A DNA stretch of 42,998 bases from Catajapyx aquilonaris (taxonomy: Eukaryota). The position numbers and the translations under genes were made by a program. The notes beneath the pieces are model-generated. The model did no database searches. It had not been told where the DNA came from and saw only the letters and a list, made by a program, of their open reading frames with translations. The DNA lies in the NCBI GenBank assembly GCA_000934665.2, contig KZ538878.1, positions 1 through 42,998 of the forward strand. The letters are read 5' to 3'. Shown here piece after piece: positions 1 to 12,945 of the stretch. The number at the start of each line of letters is the position of its first letter. Position 1 is the first letter of the stretch.

Positions 1-414
1 CGTTTTCGCTCCCTCCCGCAAACCGCAGGTAACCCAGGTAACGTAAACACTTTGGCGGCTGCAACTTTCCAGGCGGGCGTTCATTTTGCAGCCCTTAATA
101 AATTGCACAACTAACATCAGTGTCAGGTAATGAAAAGGGGCACGTATGCAAATATGATTTTTTTGGGGGGTCATGTTTTGCATATCGATTGTGCCAAAAG
201 TGCAACAATCTTTATTTGCAACATATGGCATGCCCCCAAGGGGGCATATCTTTTGGTGGCATATCTTTTGGTGACACGATTTGCATTTAATTGCATTGCA
301 GTGTAAATCTTGAATTGTTAAAAAAATTCAATCTACTGCTGCTTACATCACTGTTATCAATACTGCACTAAAATGATATTGGTCCAATAAAAATAATACA
401 ATTCTTGCAAACTT

Positions 415-1023
415 GAGGCATTGACATGGAAAAGGGCATAACGTCACAATATTTTTTTTTTTGCAGAGGCTATAGGCTCAATAAACAACAGTTTTGTGAA
501 CACCGTTAAACCTATTTTATTACACAAAATCTTTCATATTTTTGGATGTTTTACGTACTACATAAAGTCATGAGAAGTCAAAAGAAATATAGAGAGCATA
601 TACTACGTAGCCTATAAGAGGCGCAAACATTCGATTTCCGCGGCTCTCCGTTTGGGGCCGTTGCCAAGGCTGGAGGCCATTTTGAAGTGTGGTCAACGCC
701 AACGTGGTATAAATAGAGTACAGGCAAAAAAAATAGGGTCCGCCATCTTTGATTCGCGCGTGTTCTGCCGTGTAGTTGCCATGGCCGCCAAAACCATCAA
801 AGATGGCGGACCCTATTTTTGCCTGTGCCCTATTTATACCTCGTTGGCGTTGCCCATACTTAAAAATGGCCGCCAGCCTTGGCAACGGCCCCAAACAGAG
901 AGACGCGATCATCAAAGGCGCCGACAGAAGTTTGCGCCTCTAATGTAGTATATGCTCCCTGATATGACTAACAGATTTTTTTAAATATTTGATACACATT
1001 TATCTTTTCCATGTCAATGCCTC
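415..1023. mobile_element. Non-autonomous TIR element hosting a nested MITE
   Basis: Perfect inverted repeat GAGGCATTGACATGGAAAAG (415-434) / CTTTTCCATGTCAATGCCTC (1004-1023), flanked by direct AACTT (410-414, 1024-1028). Confidence 0.7.
590..961. mobile_element. MITE family A, copy 1 (palindromic, ~370 bp)
   Basis: Ends GAGCATATACTAC...GAGGCGCAAAC / GTTTGCGCCTC...GTAGTATATGCTC; internally palindromic; second copy at 22549-22890. Confidence 0.85.
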
Positions 1024-1297
1024 AACTTAAAATTTTTTTCTTTGTAATCCGTACAGTCTGTGTGCTTATGCCGGATAAACACCCGGATAACACAGCACAA
1101 ACTATTATCAGCCTTGCTCCAAGAGCGTGTTAGTCACAAGTGATTAGTCACAAGTTGATAACAAAAAAACACGTTTCATCCGACAACCGACTCCATTGTT
1201 TTGAAACAATAATTCAAATATGTTTGGCGCATGCTTTGAGCATTATTAGGTCACATAATATTATGTAATGTTGGATCTCTCATTTCATGTTTGGAAG

Positions 1298-1908
1298 AAT
1301 GAGCTGGGAGGACATTTACGAGTACTTTTCTGGAAAGAGGAAATTCCATCCGCACCCTCGCGACCTCTGCTATTACGACTCTTACAACCAGGGCACCCTT
1401 CTTTACAACAACACCGGCAGTTTCACCGTGTGCATCGAGAGCATGAGGACACTCTTTCGATGCAATTACGACCATCACACCATCGATCCGGAAATGAGGG
1501 TTTAATTTTTTTTCTTCTTCTAAATATTTAACATTGCTATAACTTCAAATCATGCCCAAAAATTTTTCTAATCTGTTGAAAAAAAATGTCGATTGCGCAC
1601 CCACATTCGCGCAGCTCCAACAACGTTGCCAGAGTTACTCTCCAGTGCCCCCAGGAGGTTCGTTACAGGGCTGCGCGAATTGTGGTGCGCACTCGGCTGC
1701 GCTTGTATTTTTTTTTGTAGGCTAGTTTTTTTAAAAAAATATCTATATTTTTTTCTGTCGACAGGCGACTGGTTCAGGAGTGGACACAACCTTGGTCCAG
1801 TTCGATCACCCGCATTTCAAGAAGGTCAAGGTGTATGACCACTGCTTGCGCTACAGGGTCGAGTTCATCGAACCTGTGCCTACCGCCAGTGATTCTAAAC
1901 ATGTCTGA
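1298..1908 (+). CDS. CFAP299: CFAP299/C4orf22 (DUF4464)-like cilia/flagella protein, last two coding exons; 5' exons lie outside the window
   Basis: Exons 1298-1499 (AG|AATG...AGG|GT) and 1765-1908 (CAG|GCG...TGA) join in phase 0. The peptide EDIYEYFSGKRKFHPHPRDLCYYD...LFRCNYDHHTIDP / ATGSGVDTTLVQFDHPHFKKVKVYDHCLR resembles the CFAP299 C-terminus as I recall it (F..YF..KK.L.P.P.DL.FY...LLF...D.......DP....G.NTT.......Y..V..YDH..R). Divergent. Confidence 0.72.
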
Positions 1909-2025
1909 CTTGGGACATTTAAACGGAAAATGCATCCGGAACTTTAAAATTGTAAATAAGCAGTGACCAAATTAAATGGTATAGTGAGCATGTGTTGATT
2001 TTATTTTGCATATTTTCTGCAACTG

Positions 2026-2345
2026 CAGTAGGGGTAAGCTAACTTATGCATTTTGGGAGGTGGCTTGTGTCCTTGGCAACCATAATTAGCCTCGCCCCCT
2101 TCTGAGTTTTGTGCATGGATTAGTGGGGAAATATCNCCCCCCCCCCCCCCCCTTCCTGCTGGGTTACCAACTGCTGTTAGTGTAAGCAAACTCTTGTAAT
2201 ATATTCTTGAGGTTTTTAGAACATAACGCCCATCTCCTTTGAAATCGAATCCTGATTGGTCGACCAGTATAGGGGGTGGGGCTAATTATAGTTGCCAAGG
2301 ACACAAGCCACCTCCCAAAACGCATCAGTTAGCTTACCCCTACTG
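2026..2345. mobile_element. Tc1/mariner-like MITE
   Basis: ~65-bp inverted repeats CAGTAGGGGTAAGCTAAC...GCTTGTGTCCTTGGCAAC / GTTGCCAAGGACACAAGC...GTTAGCTTACCCCTACTG, followed by TA. Confidence 0.8.
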
Positions 2346-4603
2346 TAGTGTATGGCGCGGATGGCGGACCCATTTTGGCAACACTGCTTGTCCCCACCCC
2401 CCCAACTTGGACGTAGTACGATATGCCACTACCAGTTGGCGCATACAGACACACTATTATACTCCTATGCTTAGGAGGAAAGTACATGCACGTTGGTGAT
2501 GAGTCATCACACGGACAAAGCCCACCAGGGTGTGTTTCGCCTTCATCGAAGTGGGTCCCACCCTCTCTGACCGCTATGTCCTCTACGTGGAAAGTTGGTG
2601 GAAATATTAAAGGTTTTAATACATACTATATGAAGATAACTATATTAGGACCTAGGTGACGGACATATAAGCAGATGGAGAGAATAAGGGGATTAGTAGT
2701 ATGATTTTTTTTTTGTCGTGCCCCGAACGAATCCGGTTGGATTAAAAAAATTTTTAACAAAAAAAATATATTGTATATAGCTATAAGATAAGTCGATTTT
2801 TATGAGAAAAGGTTGTGATCTCTGGGCTTAGATCACTGGAATTCACCCCAAGCATGTGACATGGGTGAGACACCGCACTTTGCCCCACTCATTACCCGCG
2901 CGGCCCACACATGTGTGACTTTTATCTCCCTTGACAGTGATTCGGGGTCATGTTGGATGGGGGTCCCCCCCCCCCNNNNNNNNNNCCCCCCCCCCCCCTC
3001 CTCGTCTCTAATAATTTCCACCCAACCACCCACAACACACACACACTCATCCTGACAACTAGGTTATGGGATTTCAGATCATGTGCTGCTAGCAGATGAT
3101 GGACGTGTCATGTGCTCGTGTGATTGTGTTGTGTTGTGCACTACCTGCAATAAGTACAGGTAATTGCTTGCCGTCAGTGCAATAAACCCCATCAGTTTGC
3201 AAAATGTGCAACAATCAGTGATCTAGTCAGTGGCGAGGTTATGGTCACGAGACAGTTTTTTTTTTTTTTTGCGTAATGATCATGTGAAGGTCAGTTAATG
3301 TGTCTGAGAGCAATGTTGGCCTATTTTTAAGTTGCATATTTTTTTAAATATATTATCTGATTGCCCTTCACGTGATTTGGATTGGAGATTCCCCCCCCCC
3401 CCCAATTCGACCCGGCTTGCATGTATCTAGTTCAAATTCCGATTTCGCCGATTGTAGTACTGTGAGTATAAAGTTTGCATAGGACTGGTCATCTATCGGA
3501 CCTTTTTTTGTTGTTGTTGTTGTTGATAAGCATGATAACATAATGCTGGAAGTGTTAACAAGGCCTGTATGAATATGCGTTATATTTTTCTCTCTCTAAA
3601 GGATGAGTGATTTAACTACAAAAATATCATTTGTAAGTCACATATTTGCACATTTATTGCGCGAATTTCTGCGCACAATTTTCACAACATTGCCTACTCT
3701 ATATTATAATTATCAACATAAATTAACATAAAATTTGCAATCATTTTTTATGTAATTACGCATAATTGTGGCATGTATAAGTTATTCCGCTCCTTCCTAC
3801 AATCGCAAATCAATTCAGCAAAAATGATTTGCAATTTCAAAAGACTGTTATTATACGAAGCACCTCATCAACCTTGACACACAATAGTCCATCAAGTCCG
3901 CCTACATCTAAGTCACGTTTCTATGCATCACCTATTAGGAAACTTCCCCTAGCCCCCTCATAGTCACGAGGAATTCGCGACAGTTATTGCAACAACAGCC
4001 ACTTTTTGCGAAAGAATGCTCACTACGCTACTATAGTGTACATTCACAGCTGAGGACCTAAGTGTACAAATCTGCATGCCAAAGTCGTAATACTATGACG
4101 TGACGCATAGTTTACGCAAAAAAAATAACAAAAAAAACTTCCCGCCTGAAGCACGTGAGTTTTGGCAACGAAAATGCTGCCATCTGTTGGCTACATTGGA
4201 TCAGGGTGGTTAAACGCGATTTTGTGGGTGGGCTAGTATGGGCATGTAACGTTCAATTGTGCCAGGTATTGCCCTGTTGTTACAGTGTGCGTGTATGTAG
4301 GATTGTATTAAGCACAATATTATTATTTCAAATGCGTGTGATAACAATGGTGCTGTGGTGGCTAAACTGCTAGAGCGATTTTTTTTTAGTAGCCGCGATT
4401 CAGTCTCCACCCGGCGATGCGATTTGTGCCTTTCGCAGATATTCGCTGTTCTAATCAGAATTTGGCGAATATTTTTTTTCTCTCTCTCTCTTTTTGCGTT
4501 AATTAATTCGTCGTTTTGATGTTGTGGATCGGATGATACGACGTCCAAAATGCGTTTGGCAGATCCCCGTCGTCGTTGCTGATGAGGAGGAGGAGGAGAA
4601 GCC

Positions 4604-7600
4604 ATGGCCCTTAGGAACTGGCTGTTCGTCTCGAGGAAGAAGCAGCCGCTGCCCACCAAGCCTTCCAGCAACCAGCAGGAGACCAGCAAGAGCGAGTTCT
4701 ACTGGTGAGAATGGAGTTAATTACAATTAAACTATTGCAGCAATATGACACATGGACAGAGTACGTGGCATGTCGCTCGCTTTGGTTCACATCAAGTGCA
4801 TGCTTGCAATGCGTACATGTACGCATTGGAACGACATTTCACTTACATAGAACATGGGAATGGGTACGAAATTGGGTATAAAACCTGGACAAACACATGG
4901 ACAGACAATAAGTGGATAAACAACCAGACACATGGACAATCAGGCACACTAATGGACAAACACACAGACAGACAAATGGACATACGGACTGACACACAGA
5001 CATACAGACTGACACACAGACATACGGACAGACATACATATGGACAAGCAGGCAGACAAATGGACAAATGCACACGCAGACAAGTGGATAAACCGACAAA
5101 CAAAAGGACAAACAAGGAGACATACGAATGGACAAGCAAGCAAGAAGATCAATGGACAAACAGATAGACAGACAAAGGGACAAGCAAGCATACAGACCAA
5201 TGGACAAACAAACAAGCAGACGAATGAAGGATAAACAAGCAGACAGACAACTGGACAAACAGACAGACAAAATGGACAAACAAGCAGACGAATGAAGGGT
5301 AAGCAAGCAGACAGACCAATGGACAAGCAAACAAGCAGACGAACGGACAAGCAAACAAGCAGTCGAACGGACAAACAAACAAGCAGACAGACAGCTGAAC
5401 AGACAGACAGACAGACGAATGGACATACAAGCAGACGAATGCAGGATAAACAAGCAGACAGACAACTGGACAAACAGACAGACAGACGAATGGACATACA
5501 AGCCGACAAATGAAGGGTAGGCAAGCAGACAGACGAATAATGGGTAAACAAGCAAGCGGACAACTGGACAAACATACGGAGAGAGACAAATGGACAAACC
5601 CAGCACAGACAAGTGGATAAAGAGACGAACAAATGAATGGACGAACCGACAAACACACAAATGGACAAACATGGGGACAGACTTTGCCTTTTTTAAAACT
5701 ATTATGTGGCAGTGTTGGTTAGCGAGATGCAAGCTTGCGAATCGATGTGAAGTGGTCATGAAAAGTGGGTGTAAAACTTAATCTGGACGAACAAGCCAAC
5801 AGACAAACGAACGCACGAACAGTGCCTTCAGTTTATAATATAGAGATGCATGATGACAGTCAGTTTCCCAATCATATGTTTGTGAGTCTGCGGAGAACAT
5901 GGGTGGGTACGAACCTGGACAAACAAACAAAAACAATTGAACAAACAGACAGCCTTTTGTAATAATAAGATATGTCGCATGAATAGTTGGTTAGGGTACG
6001 TTGGGCTTGTAAAGTGTGTTTGGAATTAATGGTTCCTGTTTTCTCGCAGCAGCCACAACAGCTGGAGGCCGTTCGACCTGAGCGACAAGGAGTTTGTGCG
6101 TGTGTTGCTGTACCGCGAGTGCGATTCACGTGGCTGCAAGCTTCTGTATGACTCCAAGACCGTGCAGAAGGTGCCCCTCACGCCTGCGGAAGCCGTGGCG
6201 GCCAAGAGGGACTGCAAGGCCAATGGGAAGAAGAGCGGGACGGATCATTTCGTCGAGGTTAACAAGGATTTCGGGTACCAGGTGTGTACTTTTACGCAAA
6301 ATTGTACATCGCAATTAAACGATAGCTGTTTCGTGCAGCTGTAATGAATCATAGCTTGCTACATATGTAACTGATACATATTTTCTTCTTGTTGCTCCTC
6401 GACACATGAGTAAGTAACATATGTTGCCTGTGGCGGTTCTGCTTATTGCTTATGTTTTTAAAAAATCATTGCTTATCGCTCCTTACGTACGAAGAATTCG
6501 TGACAAACAATACCGCGCGAATGCCACAGATTGTAAGCTCACCAACTGTTTATTCTGTTTACATGTAAATACGTAATCCCAATCAATTTCAGTACTTGAA
6601 GGCGTCACAAGATGCGAAGATGATCAGCGAGCTTGTGTTCGGCTCTGTCGCCATGTCTTACAAGGGAACCACCTTGAAAGTACACACGTTGAAAAGTCCA
6701 CCGCAGGTCATGTGCAGCCGAATATTCCCAACGCCACGGACTGTTAAATGCGCACGGATCAGGTAAGAACATCGTAACATTTCCTAAACGTTCAGCTCAA
6801 TGTTGACACTGCAAAATAGGAAAAGTAATACCACACTTTTTTTCCCCCCATAATTAATAAGGAAACATGCATTTAATCACTCGTTTCTAATGTGTTCTTG
6901 GCCTAACGATATGTTTATAACAATCGCTATCTTATATTTCGCTCACAATATGTTATTAAGGAAACGCCAAGACAATGTTGTTGTTGTTGCAAAAATACCT
7001 CGTGTGTTATCCCATTGCGATAAGCTCTGCAGCTGTTTACTACACATTAGCATACAATTGAATGCGCAGTGTAATTACGTTTCTATTACAATCATAGCAT
7101 CACCTGAATCTGACTTTTTTTTTTCTCTCCCGCAGCGATCACAGTTTGGAAGACTCGATTGGAAGTTCTTTGAGCTCGATGAACGAGTACGAGATATCAA
7201 GAGTCAGCACTGCTGAGTCCGATATTGGTAAGTAGTTCGCTTGCAATTTTGCTTCATAAATTTAAAATTTATTATTTTGCAAATTTTTGGCCGCACATGA
7301 GCAATTCGCTCAGCGATAAAACTAATTGTTTGGTGGGACTTTTCACTCCCAAACAATTGGCTTCATTGATGGTTTAATGTTCGCGCTAACTTGACGTCTT
7401 CCTTTTTTTTAATTTTCCCCCCCCCTCAGCCCGCAGTTGTCCGATGGACGTTCCCGACCTTATGAGCAAGCAATCCCAACCGAACACTCGTTCAGAAGAG
7501 GACAGCGGATTCGGAGGGGACATCACCTCCCTTCCGTCGTGGATGTCGACCAGCAACAGCGGAAGCAGCATCGGGAGCTACTTCCAGAGTTTCGCCTCCT

Positions 7601-10600
7601 CAATTGGCAACTCCTCTTCCAATCCCGGTGAGTCGATCCAACTTATTCGGTCGTACAGCATATGTCGTTATTTTTATTCCCAGCTGTTCTCAATAGGTTA
7701 ATTCAAGAAGCAGGTGTCGTTACACCTCGTCACGGCTCTTATCTGTACTGTACTACTGCTGATATGAATTGTACTAAGAGAGCTACTTGAACTAAACAGT
7801 GTGCGTAACGGTCGATACTAATTTTACAATGTAATATACACTGCATTAAAAATAATCACGTGACAAATATTATGTTAAAATAATTCCATGCAACATATCG
7901 GAGGATTTCGTGAAAGTAAATCGTGAAAGACTTGTTTATGTGATTTACTTATGAGAACAATACAGTGCAAGTCGAGATACACAGCATCGTACATTTGCTG
8001 GTATGTGCCAGACGTTACATTTTATAATTAGATTTTGGTCTTAGCGCCAAGGTGAGCCGTGATGGGAATAATAATAATCTGTATGAGGAGCAGGTGTAAG
8101 CTACGATCCTGCATTTAATGTGTGCGTACTTATGTTGTTATCGGACTAGGTCGTCGTATGGGTATAATTAGAGAGGAGGGTGATGGGCGTTCGTTAAGTC
8201 TTAAATGTGTACGGCTAGTTCGTGAGTGTAAGTTTAGATAAGAAATTGCGTGCCCGGATAATGATAAGTTGCAATTAAAATCAAACAGATCTTTGAACTT
8301 CTTTTTCAAATTGAAACGCCATCAGAACTTGCCGCATTAAAGTCGTTACGTTTTACTTTTTGCATGACATTAAAAGTGGCTGGTTCTTGAGTGTATTTAT
8401 ATCAACAAATTGTGTCGGGATATGATACGTTGCGATTAACAACAATCGTTACAAACAGAAAATTTTGAACTGTTTCGCTTGAAATTAATTGATACTTTGC
8501 GATTAACAACAATCGTTACGTTGAGCGGATTATACTTTGAAAATGAAGCTGTCGGAACCTGCTGCATTATTTGCATGACTTTGCGTCGGTGACAGGGAGC
8601 TGTTGGGTAATTATTCTGATTGACATGTCACGTGCTTACCAAAATATATTCTTTTTCATTCCTGCTAATAATGTACCTGACAAGTCAGGTGGTCTGTTTT
8701 ATAATTAGACTAAATGGAAGGAAGGAAGGGGGAGGGAGGAAATGATGGCCGGGTGGGAGGGGTGGAATAGTTTTTAAGTCACATGAGTGTGTGTAGTCAC
8801 AAGGTTCACAGCTCATGTGCCTTTTGCAGCTGTGTTGCCAAGTTGGATCCCTGCCAAGACTAACTTTTTTTTTTCCCGTCAAAGGCCGGCCCCTGCAGTG
8901 TTATGTGCATGCGTTGCACCGTTGCCAACAAAACTTATCTCACAACTTTCTCCTTCACGGAAAGTCTGATGACTTGGCCATTAACTCGGGGGGAAATAAA
9001 TAAATTGTTACAGTTGCACTTGTTGTGCAATTTGACGTAAACATTGTTGAATTTCTGTAGTGTGCCCGAATTAAAAGACTTGACATGGGTAGGGTCAAAA
9101 GTAATGTGACATTTTAACGAGCGATGTTCACAGTTACGCAACATGACTTTTTGAATGTCAGGCGGATGATTGATACGTTTTATTTTCACTTCTACTCTGA
9201 GCTACACTTATTCTTCAAGTCTGCAGTTCAAATTTTTAATTAATTAATTAATTCATCATCATCACGGCGTTTCCCAAAAAAGCGGATATCGAGGAGGTCC
9301 TCAATATTATTTAACCAATAGTAAATAATCAAATTAATTTTAGTATTGATTAATTAAATAATTGTCAATTGAGTGTATGTAAATTCTGACATCAAATGGT
9401 CTGTAAATCACAACAAAGGATATTAGAAACATTTAATATGGTTTGCAATGTTCATAATTGCGATTTGAGCAAAGGCGGATATCAATCAATCAATCAATAA
9501 TCGTAAATGATTTAAAATAATTTTAGTCCTGCAAAAATCCGCAAAGTGCGATGAATTTATTAGTTATTATTTTGCAGATTTTAAATACTTTTTGGTGCTG
9601 CTTATTGCGACTCGATTAGTATTACGCTGCTTACGGGGTACATGTCGGGATTAATATGACTTCAATTTAAAATTTTACGCAACTTTTCGGTACAGTCCAC
9701 GCTATTACAACTAGTGTTTTATGCGTTGTTTGTATGACTTGAGTAATGCTAACACTTTGATTCGCCAGCTTCCAACTCAGGCAGCCTGAACAGCCTGCAA
9801 CGTCGATGGATCCGCAACAAGACCACGTCGTTTGACTTCACTCCCCGTCGTGACTCGCTCACGTCGTCGTTAGGCGAGAAGAGTTGCCAGCAGCAGGCGA
9901 GGTCCAAGCTTGGCGTGGCAGTCCTCATCGACACGGAGTTTCTCTCAGAGGCGGAGAGACGGGATTTCACCCAGTTCACCTTCACGCACATGGCCATCAT
10001 CGACTCTATTCTGGCTCGACTGCAGGAGAACATCGAGAGGGCGTACCTCCATAAGCAGAGCTTTGTCCACTCGGTCTCGGAAGCTGTGGACGATCTGACC
10101 AAGTCGCTTCTGGACCTATACTCGGCTCCGAGGCTTCTCAACCCGGTGTGGCTGTGCATGATCAGCAGAGGAAACAGAAATAACGGACTTGCGGCTCACT
10201 TTTTGTCCGAGTTTGTAGCCCTGGTGGAACAGTACGACACGAAAGGGACGAACTTGTAAGTTGTTCGCACTATTTTAACTTGGTTCAATTTTTAACTTAC
10301 TGACTGATCGACAGCTTCATGAGCACTCTACTGACTGCGGTGCTGACACATCATCTTGCGTGGGTACCGACTGTTACGCCCAGCGGTACGACAGAACCAG
10401 GAAGCAATAACGGATCATGCAGTCAGCGGCACACTGTCGAATCTGTAAGTACCACATTATCTACGCTGGGAAATGGCTCATTTTGATTTCCGCCAACAGT
10501 TAGACGACCTCCATCGCAACCATCCGTACAACCCGCTCTGGGCGCAATTAGGCGACCTCCTCGGAGCGTTGGGACACCCGCGGAAAGTCGCTCGCACCGT

Positions 10601-12287
10601 GATCACAGGAAGAGCGGCCAATCTGCTCGACCGTTTTCTGTGGGTTCTCAGCTACTTTGTGCGGTGCAATCAAGTGACGGACAATCCGGAAGAACGACAT
10701 GTGCCTAACGATGAGGATAAGAAGCAGCGGTTACGGGGAGTTAGTGCGAATCGCGGCGGATTGTACCCGAGTCTGGAAGGGCTGGACTTGAGCGATGAGG
10801 AGGATCCGTCGTCCCGGGTCGCAAGGCTCTGTCGGGTCACTCCCGAAGTGTTATCATACCACGTCAGCAATGAACACTGGCACAGCGGGCCAGCAAGCAA
10901 TAAAGACATGTTTAACAAGCACGAGCAGACCAAGGGAATGTACCCGTCGTTAGCAGATTTGGATACGGAAGAGGCGGCGACGGAACTGAAACGGGTTGTT
11001 TTTACATTAGGCGACGACGATAAGGAAGATGTGCCGCAGAATGATTGGTCTAATAAGAACGGGATAAGTCGGATTGGGATTGAAATACCGGAGCCGCAAG
11101 TGGAAAAGTGCAGGGCCGTTGGACGTTCGGTGGCTGCCAGCAACGTCGTAACGGTGAAGGCTTCGTACGTTGATCTCGAGCCGGTCGAGAGCATTAAAGA
11201 CACTAATTTGTACTTGCGGGATTACAACAGCGTGCGGTTTGGTAGCCCGTTAGCAAAAGTGTTGCCATCCGATGACAGCTGGAATCAAGGGCCACGTGAA
11301 GATGTGAGCCCTCGGAGCGTTAATGCTTCGAAATTGTTATTCGACGACTCCGAACATTGCACTGGATTGTTGTCTAAGTACATTCCGGTTCCTATGCCCA
11401 GATCTGTACCGGTTAGCGAATCACCAGCCCCAGCGAACCACGTCTCGTCGCTAACCAATGCCTGCCGATTGTTATCTGTTCCAAGCGGGTGCTTCAGAAC
11501 TTGTCTGGAATCAAGCGGGTCAAAGTGCAGCAGCTTCAGAGGTCAATCCGAATCCAAGGCTGAACCGAGCCGCAGTTCCTCTTCGGGCGACCTCAAGTAC
11601 AAGTATGGGTCCACTCACTTCGGAGCCACACTGGACCATTACAATTCAGACCTCATCCTCCATGGATTCATATCCAACGAGGACTCAACCTCAATATTCA
11701 ACTCATCGTGGGCCCAACGGCTTCAGCGGGATCTTGCATTGGCAACTCAGCAATCGGTTCTGGACGAGGATATCGACGGAGCTGTCTGCATAATCGCAAA
11801 AACCGACACCTGGTAATTCATATCCGTTAACGTTAACTTTCCCAAATTTAACCGCTCAATGTTACAGGGAGGTACAGCTGGTTTCGAGCCATGCGTTTGC
11901 AGTGGACAAGCCTGGGACATTGGGAATACAAGTCGGTATGTCCCATCTGGTCGCGAACATACTGGAGTCCGTACTCAACCTATGGAAATTGAGCGTTCCT
12001 CCCGATTTCGTAAGTACCCGATGCCGTTTAATTGTTTAAAAAAATAACGCAATTTGTCAAAAAAAAAATTCCAGTGCCTGGTGTATCTGGAGGACCGCCT
12101 GCAGGAGCTGTACTTGCGGAGTGAAGCTTTGGCGCAATATCTGCTTAATACGCCATCGCCACATTGTAATATGGACCAGGTGACTTCCACGTTTGGTATC
12201 GAAGTGAATGACGTCCCGCTTTTGATGGCGGTCGCATCGATACACACGCCGAAGGTCACCCAAATGTACGGACTCAGCTTCCGGTGA
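4604..12287 (+). CDS. FNIP: Folliculin-interacting protein (FNIP1/2 family), 10 coding exons, ~1025 aa
   Basis: Exons 4604-4704, 6050-6281, 6593-6762, 7136-7227, 7430-7627, 9769-10255, 10315-10444, 10500-11812, 11868-12009, 12075-12287; all GT-AG, phases consistent, total 3078 nt. Family motifs: VRVLLYRECDSRG..LLYDS, ELVFGSVAMSYKGTTLKVH, LLTAVLTHHLAWVPTV, HPYNPLWAQLGDL, LEDRLQELY. Confidence 0.93.
4885..5670. repeat. Degenerate GACA/GGACAAAC-rich satellite in FNIP intron 1
   Basis: ~800 bp of CAGA/GACA/CAAA/CAAG tetramer variants; produces spurious long C/L/S/V-rich ORFs on the minus strand. Confidence 0.9.
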
Positions 12288-12945
12288 ATCGCGGACAGAG
12301 GGTGCTACCGACTGGGTTTTTATAATAATTATAAATTGACAAGTGCAGCAATCGCAAGGAAAATAATGCAAAAAAAAGGATTTATGCAGGTCAGGTGATT
12401 TCAGTTTTTTTGATTCTAAGCTAATCGTGATATTACAACCGGTGCTTAACGGACATGAAAGCGAATGCCGCATTTTTTAAATGCCATAGGCAGCTTTCTT
12501 ATTGAACTTGCAAAAGTTCCACTTAAAATCATGAAAAAAAACGTACACAAGTCACGATTTCAAATGGCCAACAATTGCCTTTTTGTTTTTTGACCACTGA
12601 AACAAGTCTGTGATCTTATTGTTACATAGTTTATCATGTGTGTAAAATACGAGAGAGAGTCTTCAAAGAAGTCCATTTAGTGTTATTTTTTTTCTTCGGT
12701 GTGTGCGTCTTTTGAGAAACAACGAAAAAAACTAGCAATATTTTTATGTAACTTATTAATAAAACTTTTTGGAAAAAAAAAAGGCAAGTTTTTATTTTCA
12801 CAAAAAAAGTGTAAACGAACAAAAATCCTGACATTACAACAGTCCATGATCTGAACTTTTGACGTAACAATGGTCCGCTTAGAGTACGAAAGAAACGGCA
12901 GTAAATGTGTAACAATGGTTATAAAAATAGAAATCCTCATTACGG

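Noticed and set aside
568..948. ORFs on both strands, repeated at 22438-22929
   Set aside because: Products of the palindromic MITE A; no transposase or other domain motifs.
4839..5759. 306-aa and overlapping minus-strand ORFs
   Set aside because: They arise from the GACA satellite lacking stop codons; low-complexity C/L/S/V/F composition.
8045..8051. 7-nt microexon candidate TTAG|CGCCAAG|GTGAGC in FNIP intron 5
   Set aside because: Not frame-preserving, and flanking exons already join in phase; no supporting evidence.
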